Of a stretch of 64,000 nt of DNA, positions 18,843 to 30,838 are shown piece by piece. Origin of the DNA: a virus. The stretch is taken from the IMG/VR virus record IMGVR_UViG_3300035698_024657, positions 32,001 to 96,000 of that record. The stretch is one strand, 5' to 3'. The stretch's first letter is position 1; every line of letters starts with the position of its first letter. The translations under genes and the position numbers were made by a program. Under the pieces are notes generated by a model, which did not search any database, was not told the origin of the DNA, and worked only from the letters and a program-made list of their open reading frames with translations.

Positions 18843-19955
18843 TTATTCTGCAGCTTCTCCCTTAAATTTAGGGAACTCTATATCTTCGGTATCCGCGGCA
18901 TCCTCCGAAGAATCTTCTGTACGGGTACCTATATGCTGTTCAAGGAGCAGGGCATATACCCGTGCTTGAAATTCTTCATCAGCCAAAGCTTCTTTAATCG
19001 CAGTAACGGTCGGATATTCAAGAACCTCATCACCTAAAGTGAGAAGATATCCTTTGGGTGACTTCTCATACATTTTCCTATTCTTAAGAATAGACATGAC
19101 GGATTTTACGGTATCCAATCCCTGGGTATAATTAATGAAAAACTCGCCCTCACGCAAAGGGGGTCCAAGTTTGTTCTTTTTGTTCTTCACTTCAATGGAG
19201 TGCCCAATAACATCACCGTGCTCGGTTACTTGCGACTGTGATTTCTTATTTACTCTATATCGTTGAGCCGCATAAAATTTTAGCGCTCTTCCCCCAGGAG
19301 TACTTTCAGGACTACCAAACATTACTCCGGGTTTCTCTCTAATCTGATTGATAAAAATACAACAAGGACCATCTGGGCCCTCTGGATCCAATGCACCTAA
19401 AGTGGCGACAATTTTTTGAATTCCTTTACTTGCTGCTCTGGCGGCTTCGGCCATATAGGCTTTGTCTATCGTGCCCTCAAGTTGTGCCCGAGGAATCATT
19501 GCTGCAAGCGAATCAATAACGATATATGTATACACACCCGAACGAATTGCTTCAATTATTACATCATAATTTTGTTCTGCGGTTAATCCCGCACTCACGA
19601 TATCGAAATAATTAAGATCAATTCCAAGAGTTTCTAACCACTCTACGGGAGTACCTCCCTCGATATCAAAATATAGTGCGGTTGACTTAAACATTTTCTG
19701 TGCATAGGCAACTGCACATAAAGACAATAAAGATTTACCGCTAGACTCGGGGCCATATATTTCAATTACCCTACCACTTGGAAATCCCCCACAACCTGTA
19801 GCGACGTCAAATGTAAAGATGCCTGTAGGAATAGAACGTACTGCGGGTAAGTCCGCTGCAGTATTTACAGTCACTCCTTCTTTCTTATACTTTACTTGAA
19901 ATGCGTCCTTAAATCCTTGACGCCCTTCACTCGGTTTACTCGCTTTTACCATCAT
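18843..19955 (-). CDS. recA: RecA recombinase
   Basis: GRVIEIYGPESSGKS, IVIDSLAA, IFINQIR and TPGGRALKFYA motifs. Confidence 0.95.
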   Translation of the reverse strand: MMVKASKPSEGRQGFKDAFQVKYKKEGVTVNTAADLPAVRSIPTGIFTFDVATGCGGFPSGRVIEIYGPESSGKSLLSLCAVAYAQKMFKSTALYFDIEGGTPVEWLETLGIDLNYFDIVSAGLTAEQNYDVIIEAIRSGVYTYIVIDSLAAMIPRAQLEGTIDKAYMAEAARAASKGIQKIVATLGALDPEGPDGPCCIFINQIREKPGVMFGSPESTPGGRALKFYAAQRYRVNKKSQSQVTEHGDVIGHSIEVKNKKNKLGPPLREGEFFINYTQGLDTVKSVMSILKNRKMYEKSPKGYLLTLGDEVLEYPTVTAIKEALADEEFQARVYALLLEQHIGTRTEDSSEDAADTEDIEFPKFKGEAAE

Positions 19956-20479
19956 TTTACCTCAATAATCTGCACAGTTTTATTTGCAGCGTTTTCTTTA
20001 TGTATTACATTATATTTTGACATAACATCAATCTTATCAATAGTATACTTTATTTGTTGATACCTTTTATCAAATTCTTGAGCTGCCTCAGATATTGTCC
20101 GAGGTTCCCTAAAATAGTCAATTAATGCAGGGATCAATTCAGTCGGAGTGAGCGTAGCATGTACGATAAGTTCTTTACATATTTTTCGAGATAGTGCCTC
20201 GTCAAAAGGAATAGTTTCTTTTGAAGTATACGTAGTAAGAAGTTTGAATTCGATACTAGGTGAAGTTTCACGGGTACTATACAGCGGATAATCCTTATCA
20301 AGAATACACGTCGTTCCCCATGGAGTAGCTACGATAATTTTTACCGTATTCTTCATAGTCACCAATACTCGATCATACCCCCATCCCGCGAAATTTCCGA
20401 TGTCGTCAATTATTGCAACCCCGCCCTGAGTAACGTATACTGTACCTACTTGAATATCATCAAAAGCAACTTGAGGCAT
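19952..20479 (-). CDS. Hypothetical protein with possible C-terminal HTH
   Basis: PRTISEAAQEFDKRYQQIKYTI. Confidence 0.5.
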   Translation of the reverse strand: MPQVAFDDIQVGTVYVTQGGVAIIDDIGNFAGWGYDRVLVTMKNTVKIIVATPWGTTCILDKDYPLYSTRETSPSIEFKLLTTYTSKETIPFDEALSRKICKELIVHATLTPTELIPALIDYFREPRTISEAAQEFDKRYQQIKYTIDKIDVMSKYNVIHKENAANKTVQIIEVK

Positions 20480-20484
20480 ATTAA

Positions 20485-21042
20485 TTATACCTTAATTTCA
20501 TCAGATAATGGCGGAAGATCTATGTAGTTATGAATATAAGATACGGGCACCCATACAAATATATCAGATTTACCGTTAATCTCAAGATACTCTTCTTCAA
20601 ATATTGGTAAAGGTTTAAGGATGTCTGTAAATTTAAGGAGTGCCGCACGAGTACACGGAACATTCATCACAACAAGGTACGCCCTATCTGTTTTACTTAT
20701 ATTTGCTGCAGGATGATTATACACTTGATGGAAAAACGTTTCCCATTTTCGCCGGGGAATATGAATACGTGGTTCGGGATACCTTTCTTGCGTAGTCCAA
20801 CAAGAATTGTTAGTCAATTCTAAACCTACAATCTCCCCTGTTTGTAGATTTCTTGCACATACATCAATCTTATCATACGTGCCATTGACCACACATTCTA
20901 ATCCACGTTTTTGACAATATTTGACCATGGCTGCACGGGCAGTACTATCATCAAAAATTGAGTGTGGGTCAGCTGCGCGAATTATCATCTGTATCTTCCT
21001 TTGAGTCATCTTCAATTTCATCGAGCATACTATACATATCAC
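20485..21042 (-). CDS. Hypothetical protein, possible PD-(D/E)xK fold (true start probably downstream at MIIRAAD)
   Basis: DKIDV...GLELTN...IHIPRRK; AAGGA before the internal ATG. Confidence 0.4.
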   Translation of the reverse strand: MICIVCSMKLKMTQRKIQMIIRAADPHSIFDDSTARAAMVKYCQKRGLECVVNGTYDKIDVCARNLQTGEIVGLELTNNSCWTTQERYPEPRIHIPRRKWETFFHQVYNHPAANISKTDRAYLVVMNVPCTRAALLKFTDILKPLPIFEEEYLEINGKSDIFVWVPVSYIHNYIDLPPLSDEIKV

Positions 21043-21346
21043 TAAACTTCGCTAAACGTGTACCCATTTCTACTATACTCGTTTCAAGATTTATTACTGA
21101 CGCATCGATATCCGACGTCTTCATCAAAATTGTTTGAATCAATCGAGTAAGTGACATAAAATTGAAATTAATTATACGTAAAAACTGTAGAACATCATCA
21201 AGGTCTGCAGGAACGGGGTTGTCCCCTACCATCTTGCTATGAATCTCTTGAACCTTTTTCTGCATTTCCCGTGCTTCTTTCATTCCTTCACCATCCATGG
21301 AGTCATCATCCCCGAACGGGAAATTGTTGTCAGGATCCCGTGCCAT
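20969..21346 (-). CDS. Hypothetical acidic coiled-coil protein
   Basis: AAGGAG RBS; ORF track. Confidence 0.55.
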   Translation of the reverse strand: MARDPDNNFPFGDDDSMDGEGMKEAREMQKKVQEIHSKMVGDNPVPADLDDVLQFLRIINFNFMSLTRLIQTILMKTSDIDASVINLETSIVEMGTRLAKFSDMYSMLDEIEDDSKEDTDDNSRS

Positions 21347-21506
21347 TTTTTAACTCCTTCAGTTCTGCCTTGAGTAACCCATTATTTTGTTGCATACGTG
21401 CAGCATAAATTTTCCAACAAATTAAACAATCCTGCTTAGGTGGCGAACTTGCTTTATATCTTTTATGATCTTTGCATATCACAGTTATAATAGTCCGATT
21501 CTTCAT
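21330..21506 (-). CDS. Small zinc-finger protein (58 aa), not in ORF track
   Basis: MKNRTIITVICKDHKRYKASSPPKQDCLICW... (CxxH...CxxC) fills the gap after the polymerase gene. Confidence 0.6.
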   Translation of the reverse strand: MKNRTIITVICKDHKRYKASSPPKQDCLICWKIYAARMQQNNGLLKAELKELKNGTGS

Positions 21507-21511
21507 ATAAT

Positions 21512-24316
21512 TTACGCGGCCTCATCTGCATAGAACTGCGCAAGTCCCGCGGCAATATCATCAGCGGAGATTTCGGTAAGGTCGCCCCAATTACGCCCAA
21601 TTTCAATCTCGGAGGCCATAGGTACTTTCATGTTTTCAACATTTTCAGTCATCTTCTGGTGACACATAGTCAATACTGCTTCCGCACATGCGGGCGCGAG
21701 TTCAAGAATAATAGAATCATGTACGGTCAAAATAAGGTGAGCTTCCCACTCGGGATGTTTACGCAATTCATCATATATCTTAATCAGCGCCACTCCGGTA
21801 AGGTCCGCAGCCCCTCCCTGAATAGGTGCATTCACTGATTGACGTAATGCCTCGGCCCATTTTTGTTTATCTGCAAATTTCATTTGCGCGTACGGGAGTC
21901 GTCGAACTCTACCAAAATATCCCGGAGAATGTCCAACAGATTCCGCATACTTTTTAGTAGTGGCTAACCATCTACGGGCAACAGGATACTTAGCAAAAAA
22001 CTGTTTAATAATCGATTCAGCCTCTTCTGTAGTGATTTTTACTTGTTTCGCTACAGATGCCGCACCCCTACCATACATCAATCCGAATACTACGAATTTT
22101 GCAGCAGACCTCTGGTCCTTTGTAACCTCTTTTTCCGGAATACCCCAAAATTGTGCAGCCGTTGCCCTATGGATATCTAAACCACTTTTAATGTCATTAA
22201 TCATATCCAGATCATTAGACAATTCTGCCCACATGCGGAATTCCGCCTGGGCATAATCCATTTGAGCAATAATCCAACCAGGATAAGTAGGAATAAAGGC
22301 CTTTTTAATGTCTTTGTTCGCTCTGGGAATATTCTGTAAATTTGGATCAGAACTACTAAGACGTCCAGTCACCGTAACATGTTGATTAAAATTCGTATGG
22401 ACCCGATCACCTTGCTTTGCCCTTTTTATCTGGCCTTTTACATATGTCTTATGTAACTTACTTAATGTGCGGTTCTCTGAAAGTGCCGCGACACATATAT
22501 GGCTATCCGTTAATGCCTCAAGTACTTCTTTATCGGTAGATAACCCAGCTTTGCCAGTTTTTTCAGGGAAGGGATGAACGAGACCAATCACATCAAACAA
22601 TAAAAGTCGAAGGTGATCATGAGAATTTACATTAAAGGGTATAGGCTTACCATAATGGACACCATAAGCCTTCTTAGTGAATTTCGGTTTCTTCTGAGTA
22701 AGCCCAGCTTTAAAATCTATAGTAGTCTTGAGAGTTTCCCAACGCTCTTCTGCCTTCTTTTGACTTTTCTTGAGTAACTTTTCACACGTTGTTGTAATCT
22801 CAGGCATACAAAGTAATGACTGCACAAGTGCTTCTAATTTTAGGGAATACCCTACATCTAATTTACGCAAATATGGAATGTTTACCTTTGCTCCACGGTG
22901 CTCCATGGCATCAAGTACTCTACGCTGCCTCATAACTAATTTATGATAATACCTAACCATATCAGTTTCAGGACGATTATTGTGCGAATACGCATATGTT
23001 GCAGCTTCTTTATGTAGGCGTCTCGTAAGTACATGAAATACGCGAAGGGTGGCATCTGCATCCATTGCGGCATACGGCCAAAGAATCTCCGTAGGAATAT
23101 CTGCGTAAGTAATATCCTTCTCGCGCAGTGCAAGATCTTCTAATTCTCCCTCAAGTTCTACAATATCTTGATTGATTTCAATTGATTCAGTATCGTCGGC
23201 CTTCTTGAGTATCTTCTTAAGGCCTTTTATCTTATCTTTACACGTTTTTTGATCTGCCTGCAATAATTTACGGCGATCAATCTTTAACTGCGTCTTACAT
23301 GCATCAAGGCCTTCATCATAATTACCCATATCCGTATATACGTTTGCCATTGCTTTTAAGCCCTTCAAATCGTTCGCATTTTCATCACATAACGATTGAA
23401 GTAACATAGTATCTTCCATTGGCCCAGCAATTTCAATACCTGCAGTTTTTAGGAATTTCGCGTCAAATGAAATATTTTGCGCGATCCAAGTAACGCTGGG
23501 ATCCCCATAAATATTGCAAAGAGCGGTATGTATCTCTGCAAGTTCCTCTTCCGTCCAAATTGTTGCTTCTTTATATCCCAATAATGGTAGAACTACCGCA
23601 GTATTTTCTTTCCATGAAAAAGAGTAACATAACAGACGATCTTTCACAAAATCAAACCCAGTCGTTTCGGTATCAAATACAATAGTCTTCTGTTCCCGCA
23701 TCTTTACCATTAATTTACGGAATTGATCAATAGTTTGAACGTATGCATACCGTACGGCAGATCTTGTAGGTGTTTCGCCCCGAGTAAGTTGACCAAATGT
23801 CTTAAAATGTTTCAGCGCTCTATCTTTATACGTGATATTCCGCTGTACGTACGACGGATGTACACTTACAAAAACTCGGTAAGAGGCAGAATCAGTTTTA
23901 TAGTTAATTACTTGTCCCGCAAGTTTCATTACTTGCGTTTGTCCGGTAATCGCCTCTAATGCATCACCACCTAAAGTAATGATGAATCTTGGTTTAACCG
24001 CATTAATCTCTTGATCTAAATAAGTACGACAAGCTGCACGCTCCTCTGTAGTACTTGGACGATTACCGGGAGGACGACATTTAGCCAAAGTGGTAATATA
24101 CACATTGGCTCGGGTTAACCCCATTGCATGGATAAATTCATCCAATAACTGGCCTGGTACGGATTTTGGGGCAAATTGTTTCCCTGTGCTATCTTCATGG
24201 TCGCCGGGTTCTCTTCCAATAATCATTACATCGCAAGGCGATGGGCCTTCCCCCCAAAGGCAGCGGGTATTTGCTCCCGGGCCAAGAGTACAAAGAGTAC
24301 AATTTGGATTCCTCAT
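21512..24316 (-). CDS. polA: Family A DNA polymerase with N-terminal family-4 uracil-DNA-glycosylase-like domain and 3'-5' exonuclease
   Basis: CTLC...KCRPPGNR...HPS (UDG4); FDTETTG (Exo I); GRLSSSDPNLQNIP, DYAQAEFR, RSAAKFVVFGLMYG, TVHDS. Confidence 0.93.
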   Translation of the reverse strand: MRNPNCTLCTLGPGANTRCLWGEGPSPCDVMIIGREPGDHEDSTGKQFAPKSVPGQLLDEFIHAMGLTRANVYITTLAKCRPPGNRPSTTEERAACRTYLDQEINAVKPRFIITLGGDALEAITGQTQVMKLAGQVINYKTDSASYRVFVSVHPSYVQRNITYKDRALKHFKTFGQLTRGETPTRSAVRYAYVQTIDQFRKLMVKMREQKTIVFDTETTGFDFVKDRLLCYSFSWKENTAVVLPLLGYKEATIWTEEELAEIHTALCNIYGDPSVTWIAQNISFDAKFLKTAGIEIAGPMEDTMLLQSLCDENANDLKGLKAMANVYTDMGNYDEGLDACKTQLKIDRRKLLQADQKTCKDKIKGLKKILKKADDTESIEINQDIVELEGELEDLALREKDITYADIPTEILWPYAAMDADATLRVFHVLTRRLHKEAATYAYSHNNRPETDMVRYYHKLVMRQRRVLDAMEHRGAKVNIPYLRKLDVGYSLKLEALVQSLLCMPEITTTCEKLLKKSQKKAEERWETLKTTIDFKAGLTQKKPKFTKKAYGVHYGKPIPFNVNSHDHLRLLLFDVIGLVHPFPEKTGKAGLSTDKEVLEALTDSHICVAALSENRTLSKLHKTYVKGQIKRAKQGDRVHTNFNQHVTVTGRLSSSDPNLQNIPRANKDIKKAFIPTYPGWIIAQMDYAQAEFRMWAELSNDLDMINDIKSGLDIHRATAAQFWGIPEKEVTKDQRSAAKFVVFGLMYGRGAASVAKQVKITTEEAESIIKQFFAKYPVARRWLATTKKYAESVGHSPGYFGRVRRLPYAQMKFADKQKWAEALRQSVNAPIQGGAADLTGVALIKIYDELRKHPEWEAHLILTVHDSIILELAPACAEAVLTMCHQKMTENVENMKVPMASEIEIGRNWGDLTEISADDIAAGLAQFYADEAA

Positions 24317-24320
24317 TTAT

Positions 24321-24614
24321 TTAGTCTACCCCATTTTTAAGGTCTTCTCGTTGCTTCGCATCATGAATTTTTTCCATTTGCGCCGCGTCATCGTCTGCGC
24401 TTTGGTTTACTTTTGCAGTATAGTCAGGAAAACCACGTAATCGTTTATTCATATGTCGTCCTGTAAACTGGAAACCTGTACCACCGAAAGCGGTGTTTTT
24501 ACATGTTTCCTTACATGTAGGACACTGTGCGGTATGTTCTGCACTATCTGTGGACAGAGATTGTCTCTCTGTCCACATAAGGCCACATTTACATTGAAAT
24601 TTATATGTCGGCAC
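24321..24614 (-). CDS. FmdB-family zinc-ribbon protein
   Basis: Start GTG 24614 gives MPTYKFQCKCG...CPTC...GFQF. Confidence 0.7.
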   Translation of the reverse strand: MPTYKFQCKCGLMWTERQSLSTDSAEHTAQCPTCKETCKNTAFGGTGFQFTGRHMNKRLRGFPDYTAKVNQSADDDAAQMEKIHDAKQREDLKNGVD

Positions 24615-24876
24615 GCAAAACACCCTGAGTTTTATAGATTTTGTACATATCCTTAATCATCTTACAAAAACTGGCTGCCTGGTCCATAGGAACATACTGA
24701 GTATCTGATGTAACATCATCCTCAATACATCCTCGAAAAACCAAGAAAGATAAGAAACCATCACTAAGGCCGAACAAATCTATCTTAATGTTATTTGAAA
24801 ATTTACTCGGAATCAACGACATTTCAAGTTCCGGTAAAAGTCCATCCTTTTCTACATCAGCGGCCCGTACTGCCAT
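24601..24876 (-). CDS. Hypothetical protein
   Basis: ORF track; overlaps neighbours in operon fashion. Confidence 0.5.
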   Translation of the reverse strand: MAVRAADVEKDGLLPELEMSLIPSKFSNNIKIDLFGLSDGFLSFLVFRGCIEDDVTSDTQYVPMDQAASFCKMIKDMYKIYKTQGVLRADI

Positions 24877-25399
24877 GTCCCTTATCTCCTCGTTCTTTTA
24901 CAGGAAGCTTATCAATTCTCTTAAGTTCCGCGTGTTCCACTTTATGGAACAAAAGTTGTCCTATTTTATCACCCCTTTTAACGGAGATAGTTGCAGATGA
25001 TTGTACGCGTGACTCTCGCTCGATATGTCTTGCAAGATTCATCATCCATACACTAATTTCTCCAGTGTAGCCACTATCAATCACGCCGTGGTGTAACATT
25101 ATACCACGTTTACCATAACTGCTTCGGGTATTTATTTGGGCAAAAATGCCGTCAGGCAAATCGAGGTGCACACCTGTACGCACAAGATCCATACATCCGT
25201 GAGGAATATCTACATCTTCGAGCGCATACAAATCGTGTCCCGCATCATCGGCGTACCCTTGATCCGGGAGACTTGCTCCCGGATCAAGATAAACACCTAT
25301 TACATGTCCTGCTATTTGTACGTAATGCGTCTCTTCAGACGTTGAACAACTAAAAGCACATTCTTTGGCTATTCCGCCATTATTCTGTGACTCTGACAT
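24857..25399 (-). CDS. dut: Trimeric dUTPase
   Basis: DAGHDL, RSS, GVIDSGYTGEI, GQL and RGDKGHGSTG (five motifs); start at ATG 25399 just after the groEL stop. Confidence 0.92.
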   Translation of the reverse strand: MSESQNNGGIAKECAFSCSTSEETHYVQIAGHVIGVYLDPGASLPDQGYADDAGHDLYALEDVDIPHGCMDLVRTGVHLDLPDGIFAQINTRSSYGKRGIMLHHGVIDSGYTGEISVWMMNLARHIERESRVQSSATISVKRGDKIGQLLFHKVEHAELKRIDKLPVKERGDKGHGSTGR

Positions 25400-25400
25400 A

Positions 25401-27289
<1,889 letters not shown>

Positions 27290-27451
27290 CTACGTGGCAG
27301 GATCATGATGAAATCTTTCCTTTGTAGCATAATGATGAAATCTCTCATAAAACATGTATAAAATTTCATCTAATTTAACTACATCGTATATCCCCTGCAA
27401 TTCATTTTCATACGCCTTGTATACAGGTGCCCATTCAATTAATCCACTCAT
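27290..27451 (-). CDS. Hypothetical 53-aa ORF, not in ORF track
   Basis: MSGLIEWAPVYKAY...ERFHHYATKERFHHDPAT-TAG. Confidence 0.5.
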   Translation of the reverse strand: MSGLIEWAPVYKAYENELQGIYDVVKLDEILYMFYERFHHYATKERFHHDPAT

Positions 27452-27472
27452 CAGTTACTGTAACCTTTCGAA

Positions 27473-28168
27473 TTACGGCGTATTTATATATTTTTCCCAT
27501 ACGGCATCAGACACTATAGGATCTTTCATATTATTTGCTTTAAATGCTGCCAATCGTTCATGGCAAGCATCACATATCATACACGGTTCCTCTCCCCCAA
27601 CGTAACACGTCCAAGTATGTTCATACGGTACTTTAAGATATTGGCCCACTCTAATTATTTCCTCCTTGGTAGAAGTAATAAACGGAGTATCAATTGCAAG
27701 ATCGTGAATAGTTCCAGCTAAAAGCATTAACTGCTGAAGGGCATCAAAATATACTGGCCGACAATCTTCATAATTAGCATGATCTTCAGCAGTTGGTCCC
27801 ATATAGATCATATTCAAATTATGCGCCTTACAATATGCAGCAGCCAAGAATGCAATAAATGTATTCCTATAAGGTACTACAGTATTGGCCTGTTTTTGTG
27901 TATCCTGTGCAGGTATCTCGAGAGTAGGATCAGTTAATGGTGAACCTCCGAACGCTGTGAGATCAAATGGTAAAATTCTATGTGGAACTTTTGTAATTTT
28001 ACAAAGATTTTGTGCACATAGCAATTCTTTAATATGCCGCTGCCCGTAATTAACGGAAACCGCGTGGACTTCTTCACATTGTTGGAGTGCTAAATATAAT
28101 ATCGTAGCACTATCCGCACCTCCGCTGAGTGTCACGACTGCTTTATTTTTCCGGGGCAACACACTCAT
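27473..28168 (-). CDS. queC: 7-cyano-7-deazaguanine synthase
   Basis: LSGGADS, YGQRH, VVPYRN, YEDC, TWTCY..CxxCxxC. Confidence 0.93.
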   Translation of the reverse strand: MSVLPRKNKAVVTLSGGADSATILYLALQQCEEVHAVSVNYGQRHIKELLCAQNLCKITKVPHRILPFDLTAFGGSPLTDPTLEIPAQDTQKQANTVVPYRNTFIAFLAAAYCKAHNLNMIYMGPTAEDHANYEDCRPVYFDALQQLMLLAGTIHDLAIDTPFITSTKEEIIRVGQYLKVPYEHTWTCYVGGEEPCMICDACHERLAAFKANNMKDPIVSDAVWEKYINTP

Positions 28169-28169
28169 A

Positions 28170-28610
28170 CTAAACTATCTCCTCATAAGGAAAGACTACC
28201 CATTGTTTCTCATTATCATGAACAAAGAAGGTAGGATCAAACTTCGTCACTTCTTTGTTACTATATACCGCAGCAGTTTGTATACGGAACCCTCTTTCTT
28301 TGAAAAATATCGAACATTTCGTAAAAGTTACTCCAGTATCTGCAATATCGTCAACAATCAAAAGACGCCGACTTACTACAGAAGATATCGGTAACCCAAT
28401 ACTACTTCGTTCACCTCCATCAGGTCGAAGAGAATGTGGATCAAATGCGAACATCGGAGTATCCAATTGGTGCGATAAACATACTCCTGGAACTAATCCG
28501 CCCCGAGTCAATCCGACTATCGCATCAAATCGCTCGTCTTTAAAATAGTAAGCAATTTTATGCACCGCGATAATATACTGATTCCACGACATGTGTATTT
28601 TATCAGCCAC
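28170..28610 (-). CDS. Type I phosphoribosyltransferase (xanthine/guanine PRT-like)
   Basis: LTRGGLVP, LIVDDIADTGVT (PRPP-binding), WVVFPYE. Confidence 0.85.
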   Translation of the reverse strand: MADKIHMSWNQYIIAVHKIAYYFKDERFDAIVGLTRGGLVPGVCLSHQLDTPMFAFDPHSLRPDGGERSSIGLPISSVVSRRLLIVDDIADTGVTFTKCSIFFKERGFRIQTAAVYSNKEVTKFDPTFFVHDNEKQWVVFPYEEIV

Positions 28611-28967
28611 TTATTTTCCCAATAACTTACGTACAGAATCGGTACGCAGGTAAATAGTATATATACGCTCTCGCCAATCACACTTTACAGAATACTTCTG
28701 CGGACCAACAGAAAACGCGTTTCGCTCCCCTACCTTTTGTACTAAATGCGCTAGTAACTTCGCACGAGTCCGTGCAGGGTCGAACTGGGGGGGTGCACAT
28801 ATACAGATTTCTACACAATCATTCTCCAAATCTTCAGGTTTTGGCGCCTCCAACCATATATAATTTCTCTTTGGCAAATTGGATGCCCGTTCACATAACC
28901 AATCTTTTATGTTACCTACGTCACCATCGTTGATAAATGCTCTATCCTGTCTCATTCTAATACCCAC
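28611..28967 (-). CDS. Hypothetical protein within the 7-deazaguanine cluster
   Basis: ORF track; fills the gap between folE2 and the PRTase gene. Confidence 0.5.
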   Translation of the reverse strand: MGIRMRQDRAFINDGDVGNIKDWLCERASNLPKRNYIWLEAPKPEDLENDCVEICICAPPQFDPARTRAKLLAHLVQKVGERNAFSVGPQKYSVKCDWRERIYTIYLRTDSVRKLLGK

Positions 28968-30823
28968 TCCTTACTAATTGTTGCTGTTGCTTCATGTAAA
29001 TGTATAGACTCTTCAGCCGTACTCCTAATGTGATAATGCGCTACACCCTTCTCATCAAGCATAACCGCGACGTCACGTGCAAGGTCCTCCACAAACTTCG
29101 GATTTTCATAAGCGGTCTCAGTCACAAACTTTTCATCCTCCCGCTTTAACAGAGGATAAATAGGCGAACTCATCTGTCCTTCAAGAGCATCAATAATATC
29201 TTCGATCCAATAGAAATCTTCTGTAGGAACAAGACGTAACCTAACGGTATTACGTTGATTGTGTGCACCATACTGAGAAATCTCTTTCGAGCATGGGCAA
29301 AGATTCGTACCCATTACGCTAACTTCCATTACAAAAACATATTGCCCATTTACTTTCTTACCTATAAATGTGACGTCATATCCCTGCGTTCCTCTACTAT
29401 TAGATACTGGCGCAAATCGAGACACAAAGTATTTAAAGGCGATACTAATATAACCGTCTTGCGACTCCAAGCGTTTAAGCATATCTTCAATAACTTGTTC
29501 GAGATCTTTAGACGTAATCGTGCACGCTTCATATGCCATCAAAGTTTCCAGGAACCTCGAATTCCCACTCCAAATAGGTATTCCTTTCCTCCGAACCATT
29601 AGCGTATGATTTGGAACCGTACAGCAGTAAATTTTACCATTATAATCAACCCATTTATTTCGATTGGTACTCGTACCTTTTCGACTTGAATTGACAGTCG
29701 GCATAAGATTATTTGTCAGATAACCTACATAGTACACTGCACCAGGTTTAAATGCGTTCATAGGACGAGTATTGGGTTTAATATGTACGCCAATACCACA
29801 TTTAATTCCGATTTCTTGTAAATCATCAGCAAGACGCTGAGATGCAGTATAAAAAGATTTAGAAGTTTTCGTATGACTCCCATCACCTAACATATAGTAT
29901 TCGAAAAGAGTTTGTAAATAATCTATAGCAAGTTCTTTAATATCTTGCGGAATAAATCTTTCGGGAGACTTCTTCAATTTTTTAAAATATTCATACAACG
30001 TTTTATTTGATACAACTAAATTAAATGCACTACCATTTTTTGATATTGAAGAATTTATATCCTGATTTTTTAGGATATGTGCAAGTTCTTTTAGAATATT
30101 CTTATCAGAATTTGACCAAATTACCTGATATCCCCCAGAACGCGATTTATCTTTATGTGCACAACCTTCTGCTAAATAAAATCCGAGCAATTTCATAAAA
30201 CCTTGTACAGGAAATTGGTAAGTACTTCGCTTCTTAAATGTCTTCCGAGAAGTGGTAGTAATTTCAATATATTTAGGCGCCATGCCGCACCAATTACACC
30301 TTTTAGACATCCTATAAGTAGTTTTATCGAAAAATTCGTCAGCGCGCATTAATTCAGGAAAAATCTTAAACTTAGAATCAAACACCAAAAGATTATGATT
30401 AGGCGTTACACACAAATTAATGCCTCTACATTCGACGCTAAACATCTTCCCTTTATAAGTATCTTCAAAATACTTTGTAGGCTTTTTCCATACAAATTTC
30501 TCACCCGTGATAGAATTTCCGGGACGATCTAATGTAGCTACATAATCAGATTTACGAAGATCTTTAAAAAGAACCCATCCATGGCTTTTCGTAAGTATCT
30601 CAGTTTGATCGTCATAACACATATTGGCACCTTTCGTAGTCTCGTCAACTGAAACGTACATAGAAACATTTGCCTGTACAGGTTGCGCAATTACTTGGTC
30701 CTTCTGCCCAATTTTTAACGGAATACTAACATTCGTCACCCCTGCGCGACTAATGAACTTGCCTCGTGTATCTTTGATATTTTGAATATCTGGAAGATCC
30801 TTTCTATCAACTCTATCTGCCAT
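28952..30823 (-). CDS. folE2: GTP cyclohydrolase IB containing an intein (270-aa extein)
   Basis: LPDIQ, KGANM|intein|SRF, LCPCSKEIS, GAHNQR, LLKREDE, NPKFVED, EESIH. Confidence 0.92.
   Translation of the reverse strand: MADRVDRKDLPDIQNIKDTRGKFISRAGVTNVSIPLKIGQKDQVIAQPVQANVSMYVSVDETTKGANMCYDDQTEILTKSHGWVLFKDLRKSDYVATLDRPGNSITGEKFVWKKPTKYFEDTYKGKMFSVECRGINLCVTPNHNLLVFDSKFKIFPELMRADEFFDKTTYRMSKRCNWCGMAPKYIEITTTSRKTFKKRSTYQFPVQGFMKLLGFYLAEGCAHKDKSRSGGYQVIWSNSDKNILKELAHILKNQDINSSISKNGSAFNLVVSNKTLYEYFKKLKKSPERFIPQDIKELAIDYLQTLFEYYMLGDGSHTKTSKSFYTASQRLADDLQEIGIKCGIGVHIKPNTRPMNAFKPGAVYYVGYLTNNLMPTVNSSRKGTSTNRNKWVDYNGKIYCCTVPNHTLMVRRKGIPIWSGNSRFLETLMAYEACTITSKDLEQVIEDMLKRLESQDGYISIAFKYFVSRFAPVSNSRGTQGYDVTFIGKKVNGQYVFVMEVSVMGTNLCPCSKEISQYGAHNQRNTVRLRLVPTEDFYWIEDIIDALEGQMSSPIYPLLKREDEKFVTETAYENPKFVEDLARDVAVMLDEKGVAHYHIRSTAEESIHLHEATATISKEWVLE
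29561..30619 (-). mobile_element. Intein with LAGLIDADG endonuclease in FolE2 (353 aa)
   Basis: CYDDQTEILT...VTPNH...LLGFYLAEG...YMLGDG...IYCCTVPNHTLMVRRKGIPIWSGN followed by Ser+1. Confidence 0.92.
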
Positions 30824-30838
30824 TAATCTATCCCCATA

